Made by a program: the position numbers and the translations under genes
The notes under the pieces: model-generated
Seen by the model: only the letters and a program-made list of their open reading frames with translations
What the model was told of the DNA's origin: nothing
Database searches by the model: none
Shown: in pieces, positions 1-10,251 of the stretch
How positions within the stretch are numbered: the first letter of the stretch is position 1
Layout of the letters: every line of letters starts with the position of its first letter
Source of the DNA: Acholeplasma laidlawii PG-8A
GTDB lineage: Bacteria; Bacillota_I; Bacilli_A; Acholeplasmatales; Acholeplasmataceae
DNA: 32,000 nucleotides
Assembly (NCBI RefSeq): GCF_000018785.1
Contig: NC_010163.1
Location: 1,350,001-1,382,000, forward strand
Direction: 5' to 3'

Positions 1-89
1 AATACAACAAATCTTAAACCAAATCCATCCACAATAGAATCACTAATGAAGTCATTTACGCGTAACTTAAGAGTGGAAGTGTTTGACAC
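1..89 (-). CDS. nrdG: Anaerobic ribonucleotide reductase activating protein (radical SAM), N-terminal fragment running off the window
   Basis: The minus-strand frame from GTG at 89 reads MSNTSTLKLRVNDFISDSIVDGFGLRFVV with no stop. The SIVDGxGxRfvv segment is the typical NrdG N-terminus just before the CxxxCxxC cluster. It overlaps the nrdD stop, which suggests coupling. The start codon is uncertain. Confidence 0.5.
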   Translation of the reverse strand, partial: MSNTSTLKLRVNDFISDSIVDGFGLRFVV

Positions 90-2355
90 GTTCTTCTACT
101 TCCTTTTTCTTAGCGTTATTAAAGCGGTCTAATGTACCCACTAAATAACCTGTAATTCTTCTGATTCTATCAAATGGTGCATCTGGTGTTTCTTTTCGTC
201 CACATTTCGGACATTCTTCATTAATAATACCAACGTATTTACATACGGGATCAAAATCTACTGGGTGGTTAATCGAACCATATCCAATACCTTTTTTAGC
301 CATATATTTAATAATGGCTTCAAAAGCTGGAATGTTTTTAGCAGGATCTCCATCAAGTTCAATATAAGATATATGTCCACCATTTGTAAGTGCATGATAT
401 GGTGCTTCAATATCTATCTTATGGAAAGCCTCAGTTGGATAATATACGGGTATATGGAATGAGTTGGTATAAAACTCATGATCAGTAATACCTTCTAAGA
501 TACCAAAGCGCTTCTTATCCATTTGTACAAAGCGTCCGGATAATCCTTCAGCTGGAGTTGCGATTAAAGAGAAGTTTAATTTATATTGACGCGCTTTGGC
601 ATCAATTCTATCTCTCATGTGTCCTATGATTTTTAAACCTAAGGCTTGTGATTTAGCATCTTCTCCGTGGTGTTTACCCGTTAATGCTTTTAAAGTTTCT
701 GCAAGTCCAATAAATCCAATAGCTAACGAGCCATGTTTAATCACTTCTTCGATGGTATCATTGCGTCCTAATTTATCAGAATCTATCCATACTCCTTGTC
801 CCATTAAGAATGGGAAGTTATATACATAAAGTTTCTTTTGGATATCAAAACGTTCTAAGAGTTGCTCAGTGACTAAATCAATAGTTTCATCTAATTGATT
901 AAAAAACTGTGCCTCTGATTTAGAAGTTAGCGCTAGTCTAGGTAAGTTAATCGATGTAAAACTTAAATTACCACGCCCAGTTACAATTTCTTTGTTAGAA
1001 TCATGTATATTTGACATGACACGTGTACGACATCCCATATAAGCTATTTCTGTATCTGGATTACCTTCTTTATAAAATGCTTTATTAAAAGGTGCATCCA
1101 AGAACGAGAAGTTAGGGAATAATCTTTTAGCAGATGTTGCCATTGCTTTTTGGAATAAGTCGTAGTTAGGATCTCCTTGATTTAAGTTAACACCTTCTTT
1201 TAACTTAAATATTTGAATAGGAAATATTGGTGTTTCACCACTACCTAGTCCTCTAGTAGTTGCATCTAAGATAGATGAAACGACTAATCTACCTTCATGA
1301 GATGTATCTGTTCCATAGTTAATGGATGAGAATGGTACTTGAGCACCTGCACGTGAGTGCATGGTGTTTAAGTTATGTACTAAACTCTCCATTGCTTGTT
1401 CAGTATCTCTTGTTGTTTCTTTTAAAGCCTCTTTAGTCGTAAATAAAACGACTTTATGAGCGATATCATTATTACCTAGTACTTCGAGTAAATGCGGGTT
1501 AATTTCATCATTTAGAAGTCTTGGTTCAATACCTGTCTTACTTAAAATATCATTTAGAATGGTTTTAGCATCTAAATCAATTTGGAAGATATCAAGTGCT
1601 TTAGCTAGGTTGTTTCTAAAGTGTCTAACATAAGTCTTTTTAACACCGGTTGCCATATCATAATCAAATTTAGGTACAGATTGTCCACCGTGTTGATCAT
1701 TTTGATTTGACTGAATCGCAATACACGCAAGTGCTGCATATGTTTTGATATCTTGTGGTTCTCTTAAACTACCATGCCCAGTTTGGAATCCGTTTGTAAA
1801 TAGTTTAGTTAGGTCAATTTGACAACAAGTAAGTGTTAAGGTTAAGAAGTCTAAGTCATGGATATGAATAATACCTTCATCATGTGCTCTAGAGTGTCTA
1901 GGGTTTAAAACAAACATTCTGTTAAACTCTTTTGCACCTTCACTACCATACTTTAACATCGCACCCATTGGGGTGTCTCCGTTGACGTTTGCATTTTCTC
2001 TTTTCAAATCAGAATCTGTTGATTTTGAAAATGCAATGTCATGATAAGTATGCATAAGACGAGTATTTCTATCTCTTACTTTATTTCTATCTTCACGGTA
2101 AATAATATAAGATTTAGCAACATCTGCATAGTTTAATTCTATGAGAGTACGTTCTACTTCATCTTGTATATCTTCAACAGTTGGAATTTGCTTTTTGAAC
2201 TTACTATCTACCTTATTTAGTACACCTGTTGTGACCTCATCTGCAAGTTTTGGATCCTTTCCTAGTGCTATAAATGCCTTAGTAACGGCATCGTTAATCT
2301 TTTCTGGATTAAATCTTACGATTCTTCCATCTCTTTTTTTTATCTTCTCTAGCAT
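67..2355 (-). CDS. nrdD: Anaerobic (class III) ribonucleoside-triphosphate reductase
   Basis: 762 aa. N-terminal ATP-cone (KRDGRIVRFNPEKI). C-terminal Zn-Cys cluster (CKYV...CPKCG). Glycyl-radical motif RIRRITGYLVG near the C-terminus. Confidence 0.95.
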   Translation of the reverse strand: MLEKIKKRDGRIVRFNPEKINDAVTKAFIALGKDPKLADEVTTGVLNKVDSKFKKQIPTVEDIQDEVERTLIELNYADVAKSYIIYREDRNKVRDRNTRLMHTYHDIAFSKSTDSDLKRENANVNGDTPMGAMLKYGSEGAKEFNRMFVLNPRHSRAHDEGIIHIHDLDFLTLTLTCCQIDLTKLFTNGFQTGHGSLREPQDIKTYAALACIAIQSNQNDQHGGQSVPKFDYDMATGVKKTYVRHFRNNLAKALDIFQIDLDAKTILNDILSKTGIEPRLLNDEINPHLLEVLGNNDIAHKVVLFTTKEALKETTRDTEQAMESLVHNLNTMHSRAGAQVPFSSINYGTDTSHEGRLVVSSILDATTRGLGSGETPIFPIQIFKLKEGVNLNQGDPNYDLFQKAMATSAKRLFPNFSFLDAPFNKAFYKEGNPDTEIAYMGCRTRVMSNIHDSNKEIVTGRGNLSFTSINLPRLALTSKSEAQFFNQLDETIDLVTEQLLERFDIQKKLYVYNFPFLMGQGVWIDSDKLGRNDTIEEVIKHGSLAIGFIGLAETLKALTGKHHGEDAKSQALGLKIIGHMRDRIDAKARQYKLNFSLIATPAEGLSGRFVQMDKKRFGILEGITDHEFYTNSFHIPVYYPTEAFHKIDIEAPYHALTNGGHISYIELDGDPAKNIPAFEAIIKYMAKKGIGYGSINHPVDFDPVCKYVGIINEECPKCGRKETPDAPFDRIRRITGYLVGTLDRFNNAKKKEVEERVKHFHS

Positions 2356-2544
2356 GGTTTTATACCCCTTTTCACATATTGTTTAGAGTTACTAATCAAC
2401 ACTCGGGCATAGCTATCCATTAAGAAAATAAAACTTAAAACTTAATCGATTTCATATACCCGGATGTTTGAGTATATACATTTTATACAAAGGTAAAGTC
2501 ATTTGCAACTCTAACAATTATGTAAATGCTTACGGTCATTTTCA

Positions 2545-2576
2545 TAAAAAAACACCTTGCATCGAAGGTGTTTTTG
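2545..2576 (-). terminator. Rho-independent terminator after the serine hydrolase gene (bidirectional in shape)
   Basis: Stem acacctt/aaggtgt with loop gcatcg, flanked by an A-run on one side and a T-run on the other. Confidence 0.7.
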
Positions 2577-2639
2577 TGCTTCAAATAATGTAATAAAATG
2601 AATGTAAATACATCAACTTTTTACAGTTATTTTAAAATA

Positions 2640-3989
2640 CTATTTACTTGTTACTGTAAAGCCATTAAACAAGAAGTTAGCACTTGGTACGAATGAAAAC
2701 GTAAGTGCTTCATCTTCAAATTTAAACTTATACTCTGCGAAAAATGGCGTTTCAATGTATAAGATTTTTAGAGTTAATTCGTTATCTTCATAATTTGGTA
2801 TGACCCAATGTTTTTGATTAACTACTTTTAAATCTTTGGCATAGTGACTCATGCCATAAGAACTTTGATCAAAATTATACTCAAGTTTATCTGTTAGGCC
2901 ATTATTAAAATGTAGTAAAAGATAGTCATGACTAAACTCTAACGTATCAATATTTAATATGTTTTCTTTTAGATGAAATATTTTATGTAAATTAAAGTGA
3001 TTTTCTTTAGGTGCTTCTTTAAAAGTTAAGCTTGAAACAAACCCTTCTAACTTACCCTTTTCAATTGTAGGTATCGACTCACTTGTAAAATGTTTATATA
3101 TAGTAGCATATAAGAACTCATAATCTGTAAACTGCGCAGTTGAAATAAAGGCTAAATCATTAAAGATTACGACGATTTGACCAAATGCTCCATCTGCTCT
3201 ATAACTTAAGTTAGGTGATACATGGAATTGAAAACCATATTGGTAACCGATTGCTTTAGCATTCGGGTTACCCACATAGTCTTGTTTTATAGCCTGAGGT
3301 GAGGTTGCCATATCAAGATAGGCTTTTGAAATAAGTTGTTTTCCTTTATAATTTCCGTGATTTAGTAAGAGTTGGCCAAGCTTAACTAATGCATCATTAT
3401 TCAAACTTAAACCATACCCACCAAAATTAATACCTTCCGGGGCTTTTGACCAGTGGTAATTTGTAATATTTAGTGGTTCAAATAGATGATCTTTTAAGTA
3501 ATCCTCTACAGTAGCACCTGTGATCTTAGTAAACAGTGCACTTAACATATGTGACGTTGCTGAGTGATATTGATAATGTGTACCTGGTTTATAAGCCACT
3601 TCCTGGCTTAAAAAATAAGTTCTATAATCACTTGTTTTAAGCATCTGGATATTATTTTCTTTAACTATGCCGCTTGTCATGGTAAGGATATGTCTAATGG
3701 TTATCTCACTAATTAAAGGATCATAATTCACTGGTAGTTCATCTTTAAAGTAACCAATTATTTTTTCATCTAAGTTGATTAATCCTTTATCATATAACAT
3801 ACCTATTGCTAAGGATGTGAATGATTTTGTAATAGAAAAGACTAACTGTAAACCATCCTTAAGATACGGTTCTTTCTTGTAATCAAACAATACTTCATCT
3901 TTGTTTGCAACTGTAAAACTAATCATACTTAAACTTTTGTTATCTTCTACTTCTTTTAAGAAGTTATAGATTTTTGCTTCTAAATTCAT
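2640..3989 (-). CDS. Serine hydrolase, beta-lactamase / PBP4*-like family, with a C-terminal extra domain
   Basis: 449 aa. SxxK active-site motif (FSITKSFTS) about 55 aa from the N-terminus. Overall class C beta-lactamase-like layout. The last roughly 120 aa are an extra beta-rich domain. Confidence 0.8.
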   Translation of the reverse strand: MNLEAKIYNFLKEVEDNKSLSMISFTVANKDEVLFDYKKEPYLKDGLQLVFSITKSFTSLAIGMLYDKGLINLDEKIIGYFKDELPVNYDPLISEITIRHILTMTSGIVKENNIQMLKTSDYRTYFLSQEVAYKPGTHYQYHSATSHMLSALFTKITGATVEDYLKDHLFEPLNITNYHWSKAPEGINFGGYGLSLNNDALVKLGQLLLNHGNYKGKQLISKAYLDMATSPQAIKQDYVGNPNAKAIGYQYGFQFHVSPNLSYRADGAFGQIVVIFNDLAFISTAQFTDYEFLYATIYKHFTSESIPTIEKGKLEGFVSSLTFKEAPKENHFNLHKIFHLKENILNIDTLEFSHDYLLLHFNNGLTDKLEYNFDQSSYGMSHYAKDLKVVNQKHWVIPNYEDNELTLKILYIETPFFAEYKFKFEDEALTFSFVPSANFLFNGFTVTSK

Positions 3990-4017
3990 TCTGACATCAC
4001 CTCATGTAATTAATTGT

Positions 4018-4935
4018 TTATTGATTTTCTTCTAGATCCTTCAACTTACTTGCAGTTGTTTTATTATATATAATTTTTGCACTAAATAAAATTCCAACAA
4101 AGTTACCAATTAGTAAGAATACTAAATCTGATAAAAAGAGTGGTAATATTTCTTTATCACTTAATAAGATACCTAATGTCATATCATTATGAAATGCTAA
4201 GTTTGCCCATGTGTATAAAAACATACTCAAACTTACAACAACTGTAATCACACCAATGATGAGTGGTACAAGCCTGTGCAGTGGACCCTTTGCATTTTTA
4301 TATGAATAAAATGATGCAAATGGCACAATGATATATAGCCACCAACTCATAAACCCTAGTTCGTATGCAATTAATGAAGGTATCGATCCTAAGATTGCTC
4401 CAATAACTGCGAAGATAATACCACCAACTTTATTATTATTACCTTTTTCTTCATTAATGATTTTTGCAATCTCTTGTTGATGTTTTTCTTTATATATAGC
4501 CTCATTAATTGGAACCACCAAATTAAACTTCAGACCTGTCTGAATTTTAATTGAAATAGTTTTATGATTTGTTATCTCTTCATTAGATCCATAGATATCT
4601 TTTGAAACAATTTTAAAACTTCTATCTTTGAAGTAACTTGTTAGTTTTCTTGCTCGTTCTTTACCTTTTAGTGGATTTCTTACAAATATTAAAACAGTAT
4701 TATTTAGATGAACCGCACTAGTAAAAAATAACCCTGTGGCACCTACTTCTTGTCTAATCGCCTTCATTTCTGATGCTTCTAGTGATCTATCTAATATAAA
4801 TGCCATATAATATTGCTTTATACCAAATCCTGCATTTATAGAACATATTTGAAACTCATATCCATTAACTTCACCACGGTATGCGCCGCGCTCAAACTTT
4901 GCAGTAAGTTTTACTGCTATCTCTTCAATTTTCAT
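4018..4935 (-). CDS. Hypothetical membrane protein (about 170 aa soluble N-terminal domain plus about 4 TM helices)
   Basis: 305-aa ORF, 28 bp upstream of the hydrolase gene. The C-terminal half is strongly hydrophobic (GGIIFAVIGAILGSIPSLIAY..., LIIGVITVVVSLSMFLY...). No motif I recognise. Confidence 0.7.
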   Translation of the reverse strand: MKIEEIAVKLTAKFERGAYRGEVNGYEFQICSINAGFGIKQYYMAFILDRSLEASEMKAIRQEVGATGLFFTSAVHLNNTVLIFVRNPLKGKERARKLTSYFKDRSFKIVSKDIYGSNEEITNHKTISIKIQTGLKFNLVVPINEAIYKEKHQQEIAKIINEEKGNNNKVGGIIFAVIGAILGSIPSLIAYELGFMSWWLYIIVPFASFYSYKNAKGPLHRLVPLIIGVITVVVSLSMFLYTWANLAFHNDMTLGILLSDKEILPLFLSDLVFLLIGNFVGILFSAKIIYNKTTASKLKDLEENQ

Positions 4936-4983
4936 ATAATTTCCCCTTATACTTATTAGTTTTAATTATAACATTAATGTATT

Positions 4984-5013
4984 AAAAAAACCTTCATTTT
5001 ATGAAGGTTTTAA
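4984..5013 (-). terminator. Rho-independent terminator after the DUF975-like gene
   Basis: 9-bp stem aaccttcat/atgaaggtt with a short loop. On the minus strand it is followed by a T-run (the A-run at 4984-4990 on the plus strand). Confidence 0.7.
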
Positions 5014-5032
5014 GGTAATTCTATAATATTAA

Positions 5033-5620
5033 TTAAGCATCTATGATGGTTGTACTATCCGCTTTTATTGCTTTTAGGTGTATATAGTAGTTATGCATAG
5101 ATAACATGATATAAGGCATTGCATAAACTAAATAAATACCAAATGTAATCATACCTAATAGGATGTGACCGATAAATGAAAGTGCAAAAATGAATAAATC
5201 CATCTTATAACCTTCTGTTAGTTTCCCACTTTCTTTAATTGCATCAAATATATCCATATCCTTATGTTCACTCATAATAAAGATAGCTTGCCCATATTTA
5301 AGTGCTACATAAATACCTGGAATGATAAATAAGAGCATGCCTATAGCAACTGCAAGACTTACTATTAATACAACAACAAATATTTTAAGTCCATGTTCAA
5401 TATCTTTAAAATATGTAAATAAAGGATCTAGTCTTACTTCTTTTTTAGCAAGTACTTCCTTACCAATAACAAATAATCCAGCAGTTAAGATAGGTCCTAC
5501 AATGAACCCAATACCTGGTATCCCGCTTAATACACCTACTACAATAATGGCTACTAAAAACATTAATCTTTTTCCAACTAATGCTTCTTTAGCCTCCGTT
5601 TTGATTGCACTTCTATTCAT
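5033..5620 (-). CDS. DUF975-family integral membrane protein
   Basis: 195 aa. The N-terminus MNRSAIKTEAKEALVGK followed by multiple TM helices is the typical DUF975 layout. It lies 37 bp downstream of the histidine kinase. Confidence 0.6.
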   Translation of the reverse strand: MNRSAIKTEAKEALVGKRLMFLVAIIVVGVLSGIPGIGFIVGPILTAGLFVIGKEVLAKKEVRLDPLFTYFKDIEHGLKIFVVVLIVSLAVAIGMLLFIIPGIYVALKYGQAIFIMSEHKDMDIFDAIKESGKLTEGYKMDLFIFALSFIGHILLGMITFGIYLVYAMPYIMLSMHNYYIHLKAIKADSTTIIDA

Positions 5621-5657
5621 TTTTATATACCCCCTTGTATAAATGAATCTATCTATA

Positions 5658-6905
5658 TTATATTACAATTGTAAATTTTGTAAATTCATTTTCAACCGAT
5701 TCAACACTAATGTGTCCATGATATTTATTAACGATGTGTTTTACTATTGCAAGTCCTAGTCCAGTACCAGGTTCTTTTCTCACTTCGTTCACACGGTAAA
5801 ATCTTTCAAATACTCTGTCTTGATCCTTAAAAGGAATACCTAATCCAGTGTCTTCAATAACAAAGACTATTTGATTTAGATTTCTTTTTAAATCGATTTT
5901 AATCGTACCCTGTTCCTTATTATATTTAATGGCGTTTTCTATCATGTTTTTAAATAATTTTGTAATATCTATTTTATCGCCTTCAAATGAGATGTCGTCG
6001 ACATTAAGTTCTACTTTAATCGATTTTTCTTGAATGGATCTATGATAGTAATCAAGTGTATCTAACAACATCTTCTTTAAATCAATGGTTTCAATGGGTC
6101 CATCAACAAACGTTTCTAAACGGCTTAACATAAGCATATCATCAACAAAGCCCTTCATGTAGTCAGCTAACTCCACCATTTTAGTTGAAACTTCTTTAGC
6201 TTCACTACCTGTAATGATTTCATGCTGAATTAATTCAGCATAACCACGTAACACCGTAATCGGTGTTTTAAGTTCATGTCCTGCATAACTAAAGAAATCT
6301 TTTTTAACATTTTGAAGTTGAACTTGATCAGTTAAGTCTTCAATAATGACTAAGACAAAGTTTTCTTTACTTTGTTCAGTTGAGATCGTATTCACATTTA
6401 AGTTTTTGTGTCCTATTTTATAGTTTTGTTTCTCATGAGCTTTGGATTCAAATGTTTTTAGGATTTGTTCTTTAATGACCGTATGACGAATACGGTTCAT
6501 AAATAACTTATCCTTAGTCTCTACTATATGTAGTAGGTTTACTGCAGTGTCATTGGCATAAATGATCTCTTTTAAGTGGTTAATTAAAATAATTCCTTGA
6601 CCAGCAAAACTAGACATAAATAGCATTTGATCTTCTTTAGCTTTTAATTCGTGGTTTAATCTATCTAGTTCTTTAACCAAAAAGTCTCTATCCACTGCTT
6701 GTTTATTAATATCATATCTAGAAAAATAAGCTTTATATTCAAAATATAAAGCAATGACTAATATTTCTCCGGTTGCTAGAAATATTAAATATATAAATAT
6801 GTTAGACATTTCCGGATGAAGTATTTGATTTACAATAAAAAACAAGGTTAATAAAATACCTACATAGATACCTAATCGTATAAATATTTTCTTATTTAAA
6901 TCCAT
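5658..6905 (-). CDS. phoR: Sensor histidine kinase, PhoR-like
   Basis: 415 aa. Two N-terminal TM helices with almost no external loop. PAS-like region. H-box FFSYAGHELKTPIT, N-box IENAIKYN, G1 IEDTGLGIP, G2 GTGLGLAIVKHIV. It sits at the end of the pst-phoU cluster. Confidence 0.85.
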   Translation of the reverse strand: MDLNKKIFIRLGIYVGILLTLFFIVNQILHPEMSNIFIYLIFLATGEILVIALYFEYKAYFSRYDINKQAVDRDFLVKELDRLNHELKAKEDQMLFMSSFAGQGIILINHLKEIIYANDTAVNLLHIVETKDKLFMNRIRHTVIKEQILKTFESKAHEKQNYKIGHKNLNVNTISTEQSKENFVLVIIEDLTDQVQLQNVKKDFFSYAGHELKTPITVLRGYAELIQHEIITGSEAKEVSTKMVELADYMKGFVDDMLMLSRLETFVDGPIETIDLKKMLLDTLDYYHRSIQEKSIKVELNVDDISFEGDKIDITKLFKNMIENAIKYNKEQGTIKIDLKRNLNQIVFVIEDTGLGIPFKDQDRVFERFYRVNEVRKEPGTGLGLAIVKHIVNKYHGHISVESVENEFTKFTIVI

Positions 6906-6919
6906 AGTACTTATCCTTT

Positions 6920-7570
6920 TTATAGACTATAACCGACACCACGTATCGTTTTAATTTCTATATCTGCACCTTTTAATTTATCTCTTAATGATTTAATATG
7001 CATATCTAAGGTTCTTGTTTCTATTGAAACATCCATTTGCCAAATTTCATTAAAGAGTGTTTCTTTTGTTACAACTTTACCGTCATTTTTCAGGATGAGG
7101 TAAAGTACGTCAAACTCTTTGGTTGTAAGAGCAATCTCATTGTTACCTACAAAACATTTATATTTTTCTTTATCAATGGTGACATTACCTTTAGTAATGA
7201 CACTACGCGCACCTGATTTTCTTAAGTGGGCATTCATTCTAGCGGTTAACTCTAAAATACCAAACGGTTTTGACATATAGTCATCAGCACCTAAATCAAG
7301 TGCTTTGACTTTATCCATTTCAGTATCTAGTGCAGATAACATAATAACGGGTAGTTCTTTATAAAACTCTCTTAGTTTTGCTAGTACTTCTAAACCAGAC
7401 ATATCTGGTAGAAGTACATCTAACAGTACTAAGTCTGGTGCTTTTTTTCTAACGGCTTCTAAAAAGTCTTTACCTTTCATAAAGCCTTGTTGTTCATACC
7501 CTGCATTTATAATTGTTTTTTGAATGATATACGATATTTGTACATCATCTTCTAAAAAATAAATTAACAT
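6920..7570 (-). CDS. phoP: OmpR/PhoB-family response regulator
   Basis: 216 aa. Receiver domain with phospho-acceptor context LVLLDVLLPDMSG and KPF. Winged-helix C-terminus ending IRGVGYSL. Confidence 0.9.
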   Translation of the reverse strand: MLIYFLEDDVQISYIIQKTIINAGYEQQGFMKGKDFLEAVRKKAPDLVLLDVLLPDMSGLEVLAKLREFYKELPVIMLSALDTEMDKVKALDLGADDYMSKPFGILELTARMNAHLRKSGARSVITKGNVTIDKEKYKCFVGNNEIALTTKEFDVLYLILKNDGKVVTKETLFNEIWQMDVSIETRTLDMHIKSLRDKLKGADIEIKTIRGVGYSL

Positions 7571-7588
7571 AAGCTTACAAGCCCTTTC

Positions 7589-8254
7589 TTAAAACAATGG
7601 CGTTTTCTTGTGTTCCCCTGTAATCATAAATATGGTCCACTCTGCAAGATTTACAGCGTGATCAGCAACACGTTCCATATATTTAGCAACCATAATCACA
7701 GATACTGCATATTGTGAATCAATAGAGTCATTTTTAATTTGTTCTGTAACAGATGCCATAACATCATTGAACTGAGCATCCACAATATCATCATCTTCAA
7801 TGACTTGTCTTGCTAACTGTATATCTTGTTTGACAAAGGCATTAATCGCATTTAACACCATTTGATAAGCAGCTTCACTCATAATCGTTGTCTTAGGTAA
7901 AAGCCTTTGGTTTTTTAAGTCTCCGATGTGTATCGTTTGTTCTGCAATATCAGTTGCATGATCCCCAATACGCTCAAGGTCTGTAACTAACTTTAATATA
8001 CCAGTAACAACTCTTAGGTCTTGAGCGTAAGGTTGTTCCTTCCAAATGACTCTTAAAGCAGCTTTTGAAATATCTTCTTCAAGTTGATCAACTTGATCAT
8101 CTGCTTTCATTAAACTTTCAGCTTTTGTCAAATTATTTGTTTTAAAAGCTAAAAAGGACTCATTAATATTATTTAATACAAGGTCTGCCATCGTTACGAC
8201 TTCACCCTTTAACTCTTCGATTGCTTTTAATAAAGATGCTCTTAATGCTGACAT
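7589..8254 (-). CDS. phoU: Phosphate signalling complex protein PhoU
   Basis: 221 aa. Two PhoU repeats carrying LERIGDHATDIAE and MERVADHAVNLAE. Confidence 0.93.
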   Translation of the reverse strand: MSALRASLLKAIEELKGEVVTMADLVLNNINESFLAFKTNNLTKAESLMKADDQVDQLEEDISKAALRVIWKEQPYAQDLRVVTGILKLVTDLERIGDHATDIAEQTIHIGDLKNQRLLPKTTIMSEAAYQMVLNAINAFVKQDIQLARQVIEDDDIVDAQFNDVMASVTEQIKNDSIDSQYAVSVIMVAKYMERVADHAVNLAEWTIFMITGEHKKTPLF

Positions 8255-8272
8255 AGATATTCCTTTCTTAGA

Positions 8273-9040
8273 TTAACCGAATTTACCGGTAATATAATCT
8301 TCTGTTTGTGAGTGTTTTGGATTTGTAAATATTTTGTTTGTTTCATCAAACTCAATGAGTTCACCCATATAAAAGAATGCAGTTTTATCAGATATTCTAG
8401 CTGCTTGTTGCATGTTATGTGTGACTATAACTATAGTATACTCTTTTTTGAGTTCTAAAATCAATTCTTCTATTTTAACTGTGGCTATAGGATCGAGTGC
8501 TGATGTTGGTTCGTCCATTAAAATAACTTCAGGTTTCATCGCTAAGGCTCTAGCGATACATAGTCTTTGTTGTTGACCACCGGATAAGGCAAGTGCTGAA
8601 TCATGAAGACGGTCAGAGACTTCATCGTATAACGCAGCTTCTTTAAGAGAGTTTTCAACTATCTTATCTAATATGTCACGTTTTTTAACACCTTGACATC
8701 TAGGACCATAAGCGATGTTATCATAGATACTCATAGGAAATGGATTTGGTGATTGGAAGACCATACCTACATTTTTTCTTAATCCATAAATATCAATATT
8801 CTTATCATAGATATTTTGATTATGATATTTAACTTCACCTTCGATTTTTACATTTTCAATTAAATCGTTCATACGATTTAATGTTCTTAAGAAAGTCGAT
8901 TTACCACAACCAGATGGACCGATTAAAGCAACTATTTCTTTAGAACCAATTTCAATATTGATATTCTTTAAAGCCTGTTTTTCACCATAGGATAAATTTA
9001 GGTTTTCAACTTCAAATGTTTTAATTTCATTTTTCATCAA
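8273..9040 (-). CDS. pstB: Phosphate ABC transporter ATP-binding protein
   Basis: Walker [10 protein letters not shown], signature LSGGQQQRL, Walker [12 protein letters not shown]. The C-terminus [10 protein letters not shown] is typical of PstB. Confidence 0.95.
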   Translation of the reverse strand: MMKNEIKTFEVENLNLSYGEKQALKNINIEIGSKEIVALIGPSGCGKSTFLRTLNRMNDLIENVKIEGEVKYHNQNIYDKNIDIYGLRKNVGMVFQSPNPFPMSIYDNIAYGPRCQGVKKRDILDKIVENSLKEAALYDEVSDRLHDSALALSGGQQQRLCIARALAMKPEVILMDEPTSALDPIATVKIEELILELKKEYTIVIVTHNMQQAARISDKTAFFYMGELIEFDETNKIFTNPKHSQTEDYITGKFG

Positions 9041-10251
9041 ACTGTCCTTCCGTTTCTTCTCATAAATCGTTTAGATAAAAACTTCACTAGTAGATTTAAC
9101 ATAAGTACCATCATTAATATAATGAGGGCAACCGTATTAGATAGTGCAACGTTTGCAGGTTCATCTGACATCATCGTTAAGATATGTACTGCAAGTGATG
9201 TTGAACTACTTGTAAGTGATACATCATCTTTAATGGTTGCACCAATTGCAAACACAAGTGCTGCTGATTCACCAATAATTCTACCAATCGCGAGTAATGT
9301 TGCTGTTAATATACCTGAAAATGCGCTTGGTAGGACAACCTTGAAGGTTGTTTGTGTCTCATTTGCACCAAGTGCAAGGGAAGCAAATCTATAATCCATA
9401 GGTACCACTTTAAGTGATTCTTCTGTCGTTCTTATAATTACTGGTAAGACAATAACCGCTAACGTTAATGCACCAGATATTAGGTTACCACCAGTTGCAC
9501 TTGTTAGTGATATCGTAATAGGTACAAAGAGTGCCAATCCCATAAGACCGTAGATAATAGATGGTACACCAGTAAGTGTTTCAATAAATGTTCTAAGTCG
9601 TTTATTAAACCAATTATTACCTGCATACTCATTTAAGAAAATAGATGCTCCAATACCAATAGGTAGTGCAAATACTAAGGTTAATCCGATAAGTACTAAA
9701 GTTGTAATAATAGATCCTCTAATACCACCACCTGGAGTTTGAAATTCAAACTCTCTAATACTTTCTACCATATCCAGCATGCTAATCATATTTTCTGCAC
9801 CTTGAATAGAGAGTGCAGAAGGTTGATTCGTAAATGCAATTCTTACAACAGCATATTTATCTTTAAGCTCAATCTCACTTTGACCAATACCTTTATTCAC
9901 CATATGAAGTAGTGGTGAATCTTCATGTACATAATCAATAAAGATTATATTTTTACCTAATAGGTCCATATCATCTCTTAATGCAATACCCCATTTTGTA
10001 GAATAATACACATCTTCATCTAATTCAAAATCAATGGTGTAGTTCCCCACACTGTAATCTTCTTTTAACTTAGTAACATAAGTTACAGATTCATAGTTAT
10101 TTAAAATTAGATCCATATTAAGTAAAGGAATCCCTTGAATAAAGACATTAACTACAATCAGCATTAATACAGCAAAACTTACAAAAGCTCCGCCGTAAGT
10201 TAATAGATTTCTAATGACATCTTTATATCGAAATTTAGGTTTATTTAACAT
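9037..10251 (-). CDS. pstA: Phosphate ABC transporter permease PstA, with a large loop insertion
   Basis: 404 aa. EAA-type loop [25 protein letters not shown]. 4-bp overlap with pstB. About 130 non-hydrophobic aa lie between TM1 and TM2. Confidence 0.9.
   Translation of the reverse strand: MLNKPKFRYKDVIRNLLTYGGAFVSFAVLMLIVVNVFIQGIPLLNMDLILNNYESVTYVTKLKEDYSVGNYTIDFELDEDVYYSTKWGIALRDDMDLLGKNIIFIDYVHEDSPLLHMVNKGIGQSEIELKDKYAVVRIAFTNQPSALSIQGAENMISMLDMVESIREFEFQTPGGGIRGSIITTLVLIGLTLVFALPIGIGASIFLNEYAGNNWFNKRLRTFIETLTGVPSIIYGLMGLALFVPITISLTSATGGNLISGALTLAVIVLPVIIRTTEESLKVVPMDYRFASLALGANETQTTFKVVLPSAFSGILTATLLAIGRIIGESAALVFAIGATIKDDVSLTSSSTSLAVHILTMMSDEPANVALSNTVALIILMMVLMLNLLVKFLSKRFMRRNGRTV

Noticed and set aside
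2356-2639. A cobalamin riboswitch or a small leader peptide upstream of nrdD. A 20-codon ORF, MKMTVSIYIIVRVANDFTFV, is present on the minus strand.
   Set aside because: No B12-box-like GC-rich core is visible. The mini-ORF starts directly in the terminator T-run, has no RBS and overlaps the predicted promoter, so it is probably fortuitous.
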